Below the pieces are notes generated by a model. The model did no database searches. It was not told where the DNA came from and was given only the letters and a program-made list of their open reading frames with translations. Shown here one piece after another: positions 11,138-24,767 of a stretch of DNA of 64,000 bases. Source of the DNA: Tricharina praecox (Eukaryota); assembly GCF_024521635.1 (NCBI RefSeq), contig NW_026250419.1, positions 558,001 to 622,000 on the forward strand, read 5' to 3'. Every line of letters starts with the position of its first letter. The first letter of the stretch is position 1. The position numbers and the translations under genes are program-made.

Positions 11138-14100
11138 GATAAGCATGGAACGCGGAGGAAGTAGAGGGTCTGAAAGGAAGAGTGTAGATCAGTGCCTAGG
11201 ACTGCACGGGGCCAGATAGACAAGTCACAAGTGTCTGTTTTGCAATCGAAAATTGAGGATCAAGTTAGCACCCGTCTTTTGGTCGGCCCCGGATTTGAGG
11301 TTGGCCCGCCGTGAGGCCTCCCATAGAATGGTGGCACCGGTCAGAAACATCGAATGGACTTGGAGCACTGCTAGGAACCTCAGAAAACACCGTGAAAAAG
11401 ATTGATTCTTATGTACAACGACAGCCCCGCAGTTAGCCCAATGTGGGTAGCCAGCCATGACGCCTTCTATAGAATACTGCCACAGGCCAGAGACCTGGGA
11501 TGGACTCAGAACACATTTTGGTTTTTCTCCCATCATACAAGCATCCGCTTGGCGAGTGAGACCTCATGAAAGCGCCGCCGTGTTGAAACACGGAAATGGT
11601 GACTACATACGAGTAACGAAACCGCTGCAACCAAAAGAAAGTATAGGTACCTACTGCTTTCACTGCGCTGTGCATAGCCCTCGATTTGTGCTATCGTGAT
11701 AACTACTGGGTATTGGATTCTGGCGGGGTGGTTTGGTGGTTTGGTGGCGGCGTCATCTTGTCTTACCTCAAGTACTCCTGCAATCTTACTTGATTTTCAC
11801 TCGCCCCCAAGCTGCAGTCTCCTATATGTCGGAACGGTGCAGCTCCTTGGGAGACTAGTTTGTGATCCTATGGGCAGTTTCCAGTTTTCCAAGCTGGCTG
11901 GCCATCGTTACCCTTGGGCTGCACGGTTTGTGGAGTATATACCGGGCTGGCGGATAGGTTCCCACGATACTCTTACAACGATGTGCAGCAGGACTCAAAG
12001 TCCAACGGCTCATATCTCCAGAGATATATACCCAAATACCTAGTGGAACTGCAGAGCAAGAGGTACTCGTCATCTGTTACCGTATTTTAACTTCAGAGCT
12101 CAACTACAAACGGCTCGAGTGCCGTGGGGTTAACTAAGAACCTAGGCTTTAGAACCGGATCCAAACCCATCGCCGCGTCTCCGATTTGTCGTGTCTCGCC
12201 TTTTTCGACTAGAGTAGTCCCCCAGCACTAGTTACAGCGGGCGGAACTGGCGCCTTTTCCCCGTTACTGGCCGGTAGCCGGCCGGATCTACCAATCGAGT
12301 CTTTCTGTGCGCCGTGCGCCGTGCGGGGGGCGTTGAGTGGATTGCGTGCATGGGTCAGTAAGCGAGGATACGATAGTCAACTAGAGTAGCTGTCAGTTTG
12401 GAGATTGGGATCGACATCTTCAGCCGTTGAGTTTTTACATGCTTAGGTGGGTGCTGCTTGGAGGAACTACGGCCTTGACTATCGTAGTGTAAAGTATGCA
12501 CTTGGGCTGCGGACGCCGGACGCCGGGCGGACGCTGCTTCTTCAGGGAAGGAGATGTCTCCGGGGGTCGGAAGTCTTTGATCAGCGCTATGTACTGGCAC
12601 ATACATATGATGCATACACGCCGGCGACAACTGACCAGCAGCAGTCCGCCTTGATAGGTACCTATCCACCTGTCCACCTACATACGGTCTTTACTCGTGG
12701 ATTGGTCAGTATCTCCGGTCTTTGCTCGTGTATTGGTTAGCAGCAACGGGTCTGACTACGCCGCGCCTAGTTATGTACAAATAGAGTGTATAGGCTCACT
12801 CCCCTGCTCCAGATGTTGTTCGTTTTCGCCTTCGTTTACCCAGCGAAGCGTTCCGCCGCCGTGGACCAGGAAGCCCAACCAACTGATCAGGATAGGCCTG
12901 CAGCTCGCACCCTTCACGGTCATGTCGTACTACCGTACACACTACACACTTCTGGCCCCAAGAATTTTGGCTTTCACGTTCCCTGTTCCGACAACTGTTA
13001 TTCCCTCCCTCTCTCCGGGCTCCCCGCCCCTTTGATGTTCACGCTCCTACTCTACAAATACCCCGCAGGCCCCGGCCTGAAAAAACCACCACTGCCCCTG
13101 AAGCCTCACATCGTCCCTCACGCCTCGGATTCGAATCGAAGTTCAACATTCTCCTCCCCCCACGGGCTCACGTGTATTTGAAAACCTTGCAAGGATGCAC
13201 CCAGAACATCCGTTCCGCGAGGCGACTTCTGGAGAGTCCGTCGTCTTCATCCGCCTCTCACTCTCACCGCGGACACCACCCCCATCATCGTCATCGTCAT
13301 CGAATCATCATGGACTACGAGTGCTCACAGGATCCGAGGGGGGAGAAAGAACATCACTTTGGGGGTCTCGTGGGATGGGGATTGCGGCAGAGACCAATAC
13401 ATAACCATCTATTACTACACCACTATCCATACTCTCAATTCTCGCCCACGGTGGCCCCCGTCTACTCTGCTCTGCCGCCGATCCTGCTCATAACCACCGG
13501 CTTTTCGGTCCTACCGGGAGACCCAATACATTCGACTGATAGCGACGGGCCCATAGGTCCAAGGTAGATACCTATCCTTCGGCGATTGTACTCAAAAGCA
13601 CGCCCCCCTCCACATCCTGCGTTTGCTCGCCGAGGACTCAAAATCGTACATATTCCGAAAGACCATCCTGCTAATTGGTGTTTGAAGAGAGCGCAAAGTC
13701 ACTCTCGTGGATACATTCCTACTTGCTTGCATAAGCCTTGCATAAGCAATCTTCGGTTTTGTTTCCGAAGTATCAGCGTCTCCATCATGTCCACTCCCCC
13801 CTCGACGACGGCGCCGACACGTTCACCGGACCCGGCATCCCACGTCTTGCTGCACGACATAGGCCATTTCGACGTGGGGCCGATGGTGGCGATTGTGGCG
13901 ATGGTGGCGATGGTGTTGGTCTTTCGGAGATGCAGTTTCAATGTATAATACGAGAGTTCTGCATCCGCGTTATTCTCCTGCACCGGATGTCACTCACTAT
14001 CCATATATGCATCCCCCCGGCCTCGTCGGGGCTGTGATTGGCGCAAATGTTGTGCTCGCATTGCGCTTGTACCGAAACGAGAAGTTTAGCCGAAGGTGGA

Positions 14101-14371
14101 GCCGAAGACACCGTTGATTCAACAGCACCCCCGCACACCAATCCTGGCTGATACGACGGACCCACGGCGGAGGATGCAGGTCGAGAGCCTGTGCGAAGGC
14201 TCGGTGTGTGGCGCGACCACATGAGGGCCTGCCTCTGCTCATCACATCCAACACCTTTCTCCCGCACAACCTTCCGCGCCCACATTCCGCCCACACACGC
14301 GCTTCTCCACCTCGTGCTAAAGTGCTGCCGCAAAGTGACGGTCAAAATTACAACGAGCCACCCAATCGCGC

Positions 14372-17312
14372 ATGGCGGATCAACAACCGGGCGGACCGAC
14401 GTTGTCTGGAGGAGGAGGGAGTGCAGGCGTGCCCGGAGGGGGCGGCGGGAGTGGAGGTGGTGGTGGAGGTGGAGGGAGTGGTGGTGGTGGTGGTCTCTTC
14501 CAATGCGGCGACTGTGGCCGGTCGTACACCCGTGCCGACCATCTGGCTAGGCATGTCCGCTCTCGTAAGTTTCTTCCTTATTCCCGGAGAGAGATCTCTC
14601 GGTGAGACCTCGCTGATTCACTATCGATACAGATACGCAGGAAAAGCCTTTCCCCTGTACCATCTGCCTCAAGCGGTTTTCACGCGCGTAAGATGTTTCC
14701 CGATCCGTGTTGCACTGGGTGTCGTTGACACGAAGCCCTTTTCCTTAGCGACCTCTTGAAACGACATTTCCTCAACCACGACGAGAACAATGACAGCAAG
14801 CGGCAGCGACGAGCTCGATCACCGACCGCTCCGGGACGAGTAACGCAGGCATGCAAGGCATGCGCAACCGCGAAGTTGAAGTGCGAAGAGGAGAAGCCTT
14901 GCCATCGGTGCGAGCAGAAGGGGATGAAGTGCGAATACGTGCTGCTGGAGGCCGTCAGAAAACTTCCGAAGGGAATCAAACGAGGTACGGAGGATCCGAC
15001 TTACCGGTGAGGTGATTGCGGCACAGGAGTCGAAGCTAACATCTTCAGAGTATGACGATCCTTCGGATGGCGGCGTCTTGCCGAGCCAACTTCCGCTAAA
15101 TCCGACCAGTGCACCGCACACGTTCCATGATGCCAGCCATATCACCACCACCTTTCCTGGAACCCAAGCACCTACCCCCGAAACGATGTCGAATTACTCG
15201 GTGCCGGATCATTCGGGCGAGACACAACAGTATGTGGTGCAGTACGGGGGCGGCTACAGCGGAGATCCGATGCATGCCGCGAATCTCTCGGCGGGACGCA
15301 ACTTTGTGCAAAGCATGCACCACATCACGGCTCGCCATCCAGCGGCTCGGGATCTGCTCAACTTCGGGATGATGAATGACCTGGAGCTTGATGAGATGGA
15401 CTTTGGATTGTTGGATACCTACAACGAGATGTTTGTTGCGCCTGGGGCCATTCCTTTCGACTTTACGTATCCGCACATCCCGGCGCAACACATCACCCAC
15501 CAACCAGAGACTACATCACCTCCACCAGCAGGCACGAAGCAACTCGCGCTTGGTGTAGAAGCGTTCAAGCGATCGCATCTCAGATGGTCTCCTACCCATG
15601 AGAACCGGGGGAATGCGGAGCATGACGGACTATCGATACCGTCCGATGCGAGCCCCCGCATACAAATGAACTGGCGTGCAATTAACCTCCGCTTGGATCA
15701 CAGCGCACGCGATAGAGTATTGGCGGTGGTTCTCTGCATGTGCGATTTCAATAATCGGCTTCAAGCAGTTTCCAGCTTTCCCTCCGCGGAGATGCTGGAT
15801 AACCTTATGAACCTTTATTTTCATTATCAGCGGGAGTCGTCCGGCGCTTGGATACATCCTGCTACCTTTAACCCTTCCACTGCGAGCCCTGAGCTGTTGA
15901 CCATCATCGTCGCTGCCGGCGCTGTCTTGACCCCGGTTCCCGCTATACGGAAATTGGGATACTCATTGCAGGAAGCAGTCCGTAGTTCGCTCGGTCAATT
16001 GTTCGAATCCAACAACTCTGCCACGAGGAACCTAGAGACACTGCAAGCCTTCATGTTGCAGCTCGAAATCAGTCTCTGGTCAGGCAACAAGCGGAAGATA
16101 GAAATCGCCGAGTCTTTCCGGCAGACCATCACTACGATGCTGCGTCGGGCTGGAAAATTCAAGCGGGCCCAGTATCCTCCTGTGATGCTGCACCCCGGTG
16201 ACAACGGCGAGATATTGGATTCACGGTGGAAGCAGTGGATCGAGCAGCAGCATTATATACGGCTGGTATTCCAGCTCTTCCAGCACGATTGCCAGGCATC
16301 GATGGCGTATCTCGTCAACATCATCATCTCCTATGCCGAGCTATCACTCCCACTCCCCGAGAGCCGCCAGCTATTCTTTGCAGCTACAGCTCAAGATTGG
16401 AAGGCTTTGTACCTCTCAACCCCTGGGAACCCCAACATAAGGACTCCCAGCTTTACCGACAGTATCCATGACTTCCCCGACCTCAATATCCCCCAAAACT
16501 TCAACAGTGGCCGCATAGACCTTGAATTGACGGAACTCAACACCCTATTCGGCCTTTGGGGTCAACTATGGGATTACCGTCAGCGCCAGTCAATCCGACG
16601 TACGGCGGAACGCCCCACCTCACCGCAGCCCGACCAACTCAACAAGAACCTACTCAGCCCGCGTTACCAGTCGCCGCACTGCCGCTTCCTGCTCGAGCTT
16701 CTCGGCATGACCCTCTACGTCTCACTCGAGGACCTGCAGGCGTTTGCGGGCAAGGAAGACGAGGAGGAGAGCATGCGCGCCTACCCCATCGTGCAGGGCT
16801 GGATCCAAGGCCCCGAGTCACGCCTGGCGGTATGGCACGCGGGGCAGCTGCTGCGTGAAGCACGCACCTTTGGGCCCGGCGGCCTCCGCGAGTTCTGGGC
16901 GGTCGGCGTGTACCACGCCGCAATCACGCTGTGGGCATACGGCGTGCTCCTGAAGCTGCCGGCCCCGCAGATGATGGACTCGGGGATGACGCACAGCAGC
17001 GGCAGCAGCAACAGCGCCTCCGCCACGCCCGAGGCGCATCTCGCCGGCGGCAGCGACGAGGACGTCGTCTACATCGACGGCGTCGACACTCAAGCGGCCG
17101 GGCGCTTCATCGACTACAACCGTGGACGCCCGATGATCTGTGGCTTCACCGGCGAAGTCGACGTGCGCTCCCCCGGGCGCGTAATGAAGGCTGTCGCCGA
17201 GCTGCTCCGGAGGAATCATGCCGTCACGTCGGAGGAAACTACGCCGCCGCCGCTGGTGGAGAATCTCGTCGAGCTGATGGAGGAGCTGGGCGAAGCGGCG
17301 GATGCGCATTGA
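14372..17312 (+). CDS. Transcription factor with two C2H2 zinc fingers, a Zn(II)2Cys6 cluster and a fungal TF middle-homology region
   Basis: FQCGDCGRSYTRADHLARHVRSH|TQEKPFPCTICLKRFSRADLLKRHFLNH after splicing introns 14565-14632 and 14688-14748; ACKACATAKLKCEEEKPCHRCEQKGMKC; intron 14985-15048; long exon with WIHPATF and LPLPESRQLF motifs. Confidence 0.93.
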
Positions 17313-18309
17313 GGTACCGATGTAGCTAGCTGGCATACACGTGGAATGATGGCGTTGATTTCTGTTCTTTTTGTTCTTTCTGATTTCGCGCGCTGAAGGG
17401 GTGTTTGTGCATATTCGCGTTTAATATACTGTGCTTGTTTTTTGCCTCCTACTCTACTCTCCTTTGGTTCTGATCAGAACCCCCAGTGTTTCTGTACGGT
17501 AGTTGCGCTTGTATTGTATGTATGATGCGTGATGATATGCGTGATGATTATTTACCTGCTGTAACGGCCGAACCCCTATGATAACTATGCGATTTCTTTG
17601 TGCTGGAGGATGGAGGGGGAGGGGGAGGAGGGAGGGTGTTCATGTAAACGGACTACCTATCTACATGGTAGGGGAGCGGTCCTGGGCATTCAAGCGGGCA
17701 TGGGCGGGCGGGCGTTGAGGGGCGCCCGGGGAGGGGGAGGGGGGGGGGAGGGGGGGCGTCGTAGGGGGCGGTGATAGATACATCCAACTTCCAAGTAGGA
17801 GGTATGTAGTCACAAGTACATACGATACGATACGAAGCACTGGCACTACTCTGTTCTTCTTTTTCTTTTCGTACCATCTGCGATCGCGAGATCTACGGTC
17901 GTGAGGGCTATGTATGACTCCTCGACTCGTCTCAGGCTTCAGGTCGTTAGGTCGTTCCTGACCCGGAAGTCATCACAAACATAAACACCCGCCCACGTAC
18001 GACGCAGGTGCAGCAGGTACAGCACGACCCAGGCCCGTGCGGCTTTCCATGACGTCGTCGTCGTTGTCGGGGACTCAAATGACGGTCTGGGTGTCCATAC
18101 CACATGTACCATCTGCTGGAGGGGGAGGGGGGGGGGGGGGGGGGTGAGCAGGACGAGGCGCAGTGAAATGAGGGAGGGACCGGAATGAGAGGTATGAGAG
18201 GTCGGGGGAATCATCCGCATCTTAAATGTCAGAGATGGCAGAGATGGAGAGGGCAGGGTCGGGTCCCGTGATGTTGCTAGACGGTGGGGGAGGGTCACAC
18301 GGGGTATTG

Positions 18310-18560
18310 CTTATTCTTGTCTGGGTTCTTGTCTGGGTTCGTGCCTGGGGTTGAGTCGTGGACTGTTGGGTCGTTGACGGTTGACGTCAGGCTGGCCTTT
18401 TGTGTTGGTTGGCCGGTGAGTAGGCTACAGCCTTAAATATGAGGATCTGGGCGAGGATCTGGTTGGGGTCTGGTCGCGGATCTGGTTGGAGCCTGGTTGG
18501 GGACTGGGTACGGATCTGGTTGGTTACCTAAGATGTAGATGCCTATCTATATGAGGATCG
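18310..18560. repeat. Degenerate GGATCTGG(TTGG) / TTCTTGTCTGGG minisatellite
   Basis: TTCTTGTCTGGG occurs twice in tandem, followed by 6-7 GGATCTGG/GGTCTGG/GACTGG units at 18443-18525. Confidence 0.6.
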
Positions 18561-20664
18561 ATTCAACCGTTAACGGTCGGGATGGATCGTGGAGGGGTTA
18601 CATACATAGGGTTGGGGGGTTGGAGGGTTCAGCCTTGTCGAAGTGGGGGGTTAGTTCCCAAAGTATGTCGTTCGGTTCCGCATTATGTAGGAGCGAGACG
18701 AAGTGAGGATCTGAGCAGTAGGACTGGGCTGTTATGGACTGCGGGCGCACCCCAGAGAAACGTCGCGAACAGTGTGGGAGCATGGGAGTCCATCCCGAAA
18801 GCTTCCGACTCGATGTGATGTTCTCGAACGAGTGGGGGGTTACCAGGTAGTATGATAGTAGTTATCGCCATCACGTGCCCCTCCCCCGCCCCCGTGCGCA
18901 ACGGCAACGGCCACACGAGTGACGAGTACGAGCCGCCCGAGCGCTGCTGTTCGCACTACGCAGTTGAGATGAGTACGGGATAGGGACACCTGGATACGGT
19001 ACAGTCATACCCCCCTGGTGACTGCGAGCTCCAGCTGGTGGAAGTATCGGCAGTCACGAGCTTTCTGTGGCTGTCTGGCTGTCTGGCTGGCTGGGTGGCA
19101 GAAGACAGCCACAGCTGCTTCGTGCCTTCTTTGGGCTTCGTACAAAACGGCGTAGAGGCCCCTCGCAAACAAGCAACGGTTTTATCGATTCTTGCTTATT
19201 CTGATCCTGATGCTTCGCCTCCTCATTCTGCAGGTCCTCTACACTACACCACACTACGCGATTCGGGAAGAAACGAACGACTCACGCAGCGCACTCACAT
19301 CCTTACGCACGACACATCCTTAGTTTGCAACATAAAAGCCACATCGGGAAATTTACGAGTCATACTCCACATAGTTAACTACCCGTCAAGACTCAAGAGC
19401 AGAGACAACTCGGAACGGAACAGAACAGAACAGTCACACAGTCGCAACCAATCACAGCATGGCAGGATTCACGATGGCTGGGAGTGCGGAAGTCTTCTTA
19501 ATGAGCGGAATCCGCTGCTACTGGTGTGCGGTGCTGAGACTGGGACTGGGAGTGGCACTTCTTCTTTGTTTCCTCTTTGTTCTGAGACTGCTCTGGCTAG
19601 TATCGCACCGTCATCACCCCAGGAAAGAAGAAGAAGCTCTGGCGGTACGGGATTCGGAAGTCGGCGGAGGAAGCGGCGGAGGAAGCGGCGCAGACACAGA
19701 TACAGACGCAGATACCACAGGCACAGACACAGACGAAGAGCTGGAACTAAAGCTCTCGCCTAGCTTGCTGCTGCTATCGTCATCTACACCGTTGTTATTG
19801 TCATTGCTCGAGGTGGGTTCCGATCGTTCGCTGCTGTTCTTCCGTCCGTTTCATCCATCTCATGACCACACCTCCCACCACCACCCACCACCACCACGCA
19901 ACCCCTCCCCCCGACCGACTCCGACCGCGCTCACCGACGGAAGAGAAAAGAGAAAGAGAAAGAAGCGGACGAGCAGACTTGGGACAGACCTTTGCGGGCT
20001 TCTCTTTCTGGCTCTGGCCATGCTTTCTCCAGGAAAAAGAAAACACCCAGAAGCAGTAAATTACCGTATTGGGATTAGCCCGCATAGCTTCGACGAATCA
20101 CGGTGCGCGTGAGGCGGCGACGAGGGGGGCGGAGGGGACTTTCTGGGGGTGGGGTGGGGGATGGCGGATGGTTGACCATGGTCCATGGGAGGGGGGGAAC
20201 GGCCTCCGCTTAATCGCAGTTCACTGCTAACCATCAGATAGTCCGACCAGCTTCGTGCATGGCAGCTTGGTGCAGCTGCTGCACCCACATCCTCCTGTAG
20301 CTCCCACTTTGATCCCTCCTCTTCCTACTCGTCCCCGTCCGAATCCTCCTTCTCAGGAGGCTGTTGCGGGGTTCGCTGTGAGGTATTACAAGAAACGTCT
20401 CTCCCCCCCCGGTCACCGCTGCTACCACTGCCACCACCCCCTCCACCTCCACCACCTCCACCTCCACCACCACCATCGCTACCCCCCCATCCTCCGCTTC
20501 CCCTCACCGATCGCCTTTACTACTACGCCGCTCGATTCACAAGTACCAAAATCTCCAACTCTCAATATCGCGACAGCCAGCTCGTAACCGAAACCCACCT
20601 GGACTATCCCAACAGTGACGCCGAGCCACCGCCCCCGCGACCGCGACCCCCCGAACCTCAAGAG

Positions 20665-23039
20665 ATGCGAATGCGCACCTCTCTTGAGCTACCACAATCA
20701 CCTTCGCCGTCCCCGCCACTACACCGCAGCTTGGGAATGCAAACCTCGCACAAACAACCATCGCTGCCGCTGAATCGAATGATGCATCTGCCCACACCGC
20801 CCCCCTCCTTCTCGTCGGAGACCGACTGCTCGCCGCACGATGCGACCAGTGGGTCGGCGCTCTGGTCCAGCTCGACGCCAACCAACAGATCGCACGACGA
20901 CTTGCGATCATCACCCACACCTATGCGCCTGCCGCCACTCTCGGACCAGGAGGTCGCCCGTCGCCACCTGCGACTGTCCATGTCGCCGGAACCCGACTTT
21001 CCTCGACTGCCGCCGCCTGGCTCCAATCGCGCGACTCCGGATAGAGAGATGGGCGGCCGCGACTCGAGGGAGTCGTCGCCGGCTACGGGGCGGACTCCGT
21101 CGCCAGACCCCTTTGACGGCGATCGGAGTAGGAGCAACTCGCCGGAAGACACAATGCGACCGCCACCGCTGCGGGCGCTGACGGAACAGAACTTGAACGC
21201 CAAGAACCATCATCGTGCGGGCTCCAACGGCGCGCGCTCCGTCATGTCGGCGTATGATATGATTACGAGCTACATTGGAAGCGACGGAAACCCGCAGCCG
21301 AATAAGCGCCGAGGGACGTCGACTGGGTTCCAGCCGAACGCGGGACTGTCGAAGCCGATCACGCCGAGCTTTATCAGGGACTACAACTCCACTACATCCG
21401 TACGAAACCGACGGGCGAGTAATGCGCGTGACTTGTCGCCGGAGATTGAGGACAACAGGAGAGAAGAGGGACAGGGGTCGCGCATATTCCAGGGCAGCTT
21501 GGTGCTGTCGAATACCTACGGGAGTGACGGAACGGCGACGAGCCAGTCGGGGGATATGTTGCGCATGAGCGAGCTGTCCCGACAGCGGCAGGCAATGGGT
21601 TGGAACTATTGTGGTGGGTAGCAGCAATTCCCTTCCTTTCCTCTTCCTTTCCCGCTCCCTGCACTTTCACGCCTCCTCCCCCCCCCCCCCCCCCCCCCCC
21701 CCCTCCCCCTCCCTTCATTTCTTGTACTGAGCCCCTCTGTTATATCTTTCAGCCCAAATCCCCGAAAGCCGTGTTCGCCATGAAATCATCACCTCCCCGA
21801 CCGCGTCATTGACCCATGAAGGAAAGGAATCTCTGTCCACAGTTTACTACAAGGAGTTTTCGTCACAGATCGATGCATTCGCGCGGAACCTCAAGAAGCC
21901 AGTCGTCACGTTTGTGCTCGTCATGATAATACCAGTGCTATTATCGCTGGGAACATCACTTTTCACTGGATCGCGGAGCACTGTGGGGACGAGTAACTCG
22001 ACATTCGGCGGCAACATCGATTTCCCGACGCTCATGAGTATCGAGGCATCATTCGAGCGGGTGGTGGACTCCGCGGCCGGTGGTTCGGAACTCGCGCGAT
22101 CGCTAAAACAGAGCGAGATGGCAGTAGCGGACCTCAGCACGGTAGTCAAGTACTCGGATCTCAACTGTCGCGAGACATTGAGCACGCGGTTGGAGCAATT
22201 CGCCATCGACGCACGCGACAACGTAGTGGGGCTGCTGGAGTTTTCCGCAAAAGTTGGGGGAGTTCTAGACGAGTAAATTTGGCTTCCTCCCCACGCCCCG
22301 TGTGAAACATGGGCGCTGATCTTGCGGGCTATGTAGGCTACTGTCGGTGAACCAATACGCGCTGCGCGAATTGACGTCATTACACATGGAGCGTCTCGAG
22401 GGCCGAAAGACACTGCTGCAGCGCATACCCTTCCCGTGGCCGCTCTCGTCGCTCGCGCCGTCGCCCGCCACCATCGCCCGCGCACGCCTGGCACAGACAT
22501 TCGACACGGCGGTCGAAGTGCTCGAAACCAACCTGCGGCTACTGATCGCGCACGGCACGATAATACAAGCGGGGTTGATGGGGCTATCGCAGCAGAACGG
22601 GCCGATCCGCACGGAGATCGTGCGGGAATTCGCCGACATACGCCGCGGCGAGGCCGAGGCCATGTCGTCGCTGTGGGCGCGCATCAGCACGCACTCATCG
22701 AAGCGCCAAAACTTTAAGGAGAACGAGCGCCTGCTGCGCGAAATCAACGTGTACCACGATAAGGCGCGCGGTTACGTCGAGGTTACCCTGCTAGAGCTCG
22801 GACGCATGACGAGCGAGCTCGATAATCTCCGCCGGAGAGTCGCGCAGCCCCTCCTCGTCGAACGGAAGACCCAGGATATAGGCATGCAGGATCAGGTCCA
22901 TGCTATACAGGGCAGCGTCGATGCCCTCCTCAAGAAACGAGGCGATAGAGATGAGAGGCAGCGCATGTGGAATCGGATTATTTTGGAGGGCGCGGTGCGC
23001 GGTCAGGAGGGGGGGACCGTCGAGGGCCCGAGGTTTTGA
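20665..23039 (+). CDS. Hypothetical protein: disordered Ser/Pro/Arg-rich N-terminus, one transmembrane helix, C-terminal helical/coiled-coil domain
   Basis: ORFs 20665-21621, 21809-22276 and 22347-23039 join in frame via introns ~21614-21752 (contains a poly-C tract) and 22273-22336; TM segment VVTFVLVMIIPVLLSLGTSLF. Confidence 0.75.
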
Positions 23040-24320
23040 CAGCACAGCACATAGGCTGAGGTTGTTGGGCCGGGGGGAGGGGGGTGGATAAGGGTGGATA
23101 AGAGTGGATAAGGAAGAGCCAGGGTGAATATGCGGGGAGGCCTGGGAGGGAGGGAAGGGGAAGGGGCAGGATGGCATGGATGGCGTTCTCTTTTTTTTAC
23201 TTTTCCTCCCTTTTTTATTTTTTCTTTATCTGGATTCTGTTCAAGGCTGGCTGGCTGAATTTTTGTTCTGTTCCGTTTCGGTTGGCGTTTTTTCTTTCTT
23301 TTTCTGTCTTCTTTCTTTTCATTTCCTGTCTTCTTTCTTTTCATTTCCTGTTTCCGGTTTGGTATGAGTATTTCTGGGAGTACATTGGGGGAGTACGTTG
23401 GTGTCGGGTCTTGTATCGGGTCTTGTATCGGGGTTTTTCCGGGGTTCTGGCTTCTAGCTTTTTGGGCTTTTTTGAGCTCACTCACCAACTTCGGAGTTTC
23501 TCTCTTTTCTTGTGTACTTTTTGGCGGGGCTGGGTTTTTGTTCGGCAGCAGAGGGGGAGAGGGGAGGGGGGGGGGGGGGGGGGATATGGGGGGTTATTGG
23601 TGTTTTTTGATTCTGGGCTGGAGGGTATCTGTTTGATTTTTGTGTTTCGGTTTTTGTGTTTTGTGTTTGGTTTTGTGGATGGGTTGATCTGGATGGTGTC
23701 TGGATGGTTGGGGTATCTGGATGGTGGGAAATGTATGTACACACCTCTCCTCGTCTCTTTCCGTCTCGTCTCGTCTCTTGCCTTTGCCTTTATTTTGTGT
23801 TTTGCCTTTGCCTTTGTTGTTAGTGTCTGTCTTCTGCTTTTGTTTTTTGTTTTTTATTTGCTGTTTACTGTTGAGTCTTGTTTGTTTTGCTTTTGGGCCT
23901 GCTAAAGCGTGTTTTCCGTTGGGGGAATATTACCAATTGGAGGGGAATGTATTTGGAGCGGCGGGAAGTGATGGCGCACAGGGGATGAGGGGCGGTGGAT
24001 TCAATTCTTGGAAATAATATACATACGGCTTCTTTCTAGTGTTACCTACTTGAAAATTCCCTTGGGCGGGTGGAGATGTGAGATGTGCGGAGATGTGAGA
24101 TGTGCGGAGATGTGAGATGTGCGCGGGTTGGTTGTGTGCGCGGGTGGGTTATGTGCGGGGGTGGGTTATGTGAGTGCGGTGGAGATGATTGCGGTGATGG
24201 GGTGGGAATCATGCGATGCGGGGATGGGATGGGATGCGGTGGTATGCGGTGGAACGGTGAAGGCTCAAGGGGCGGTGATCCTGGGAGGTGGGGGAGCAAA
24301 GTGGGGGGAGGGGAATAGGT
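23040..24320. repeat. Strand-asymmetric T/G-rich low-complexity tract with microsatellites
   Basis: TTTG/TTTC runs, GGATAAG(A/G)GT x3, TCGGGTCTTGTA x2, 17-bp GGAGATGTGAGATGTGC x3 at ~24072-24122. Confidence 0.8.
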
Positions 24321-24767
24321 AGAGAATGTAGAGAGCATCCCGCTGCATCGCTGCAGGTCTCGTTTCAATGAGCCACACACACACTCTCTCTGTGCAGAAC
24401 GTAGAGAGTACATAAAGGCGTGCCGGATCTTCGCATGTAAGGCTGGGACTGGGACGGAAGCACAGAAACTCACTCGGCAGCAGCCACGGCGCAAGAGTAG
24501 GTCGATGTTCCCGACGCAGGAGCCAGGACACGGGCCGATGTGCCATGATGTGCGAAGCCAGTCAGCTTATAGGAGGGAGTACTCACTCAAATACCGGTAT
24601 GTAGGAGTCAAGGACCGTTATGTCGTTCCTTTCGATTTTCAAGCATCAAGACGAGAATCGAAGCGCATAACTATCAACAGCACGGAGCGTGGCGATTGAG
24701 ATTACAGATCACAGAGGACAGAGGACAGACGGAAGTTGGAACTCCGCTTCCACATCTACCTAGTACC

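Noticed and set aside
8780..12340. Possible terminal inverted repeats around the Fpg-like gene
   Set aside because: Only a weak G/C-run plus GCACGG similarity; no convincing TIR or target duplication.
19038..20587. Long ORFs on both strands, including a poly-Gly/poly-Pro tract resembling the TF N-terminus
   Set aside because: Low-complexity microsatellite-derived frames with no coherent start or splice model; the similarity to 14440-14495 is only compositional.
23171..23905. 244-aa Phe-rich membrane-like ORF
   Set aside because: Artefact of a T-rich, A-poor tract that rarely forms stop codons.
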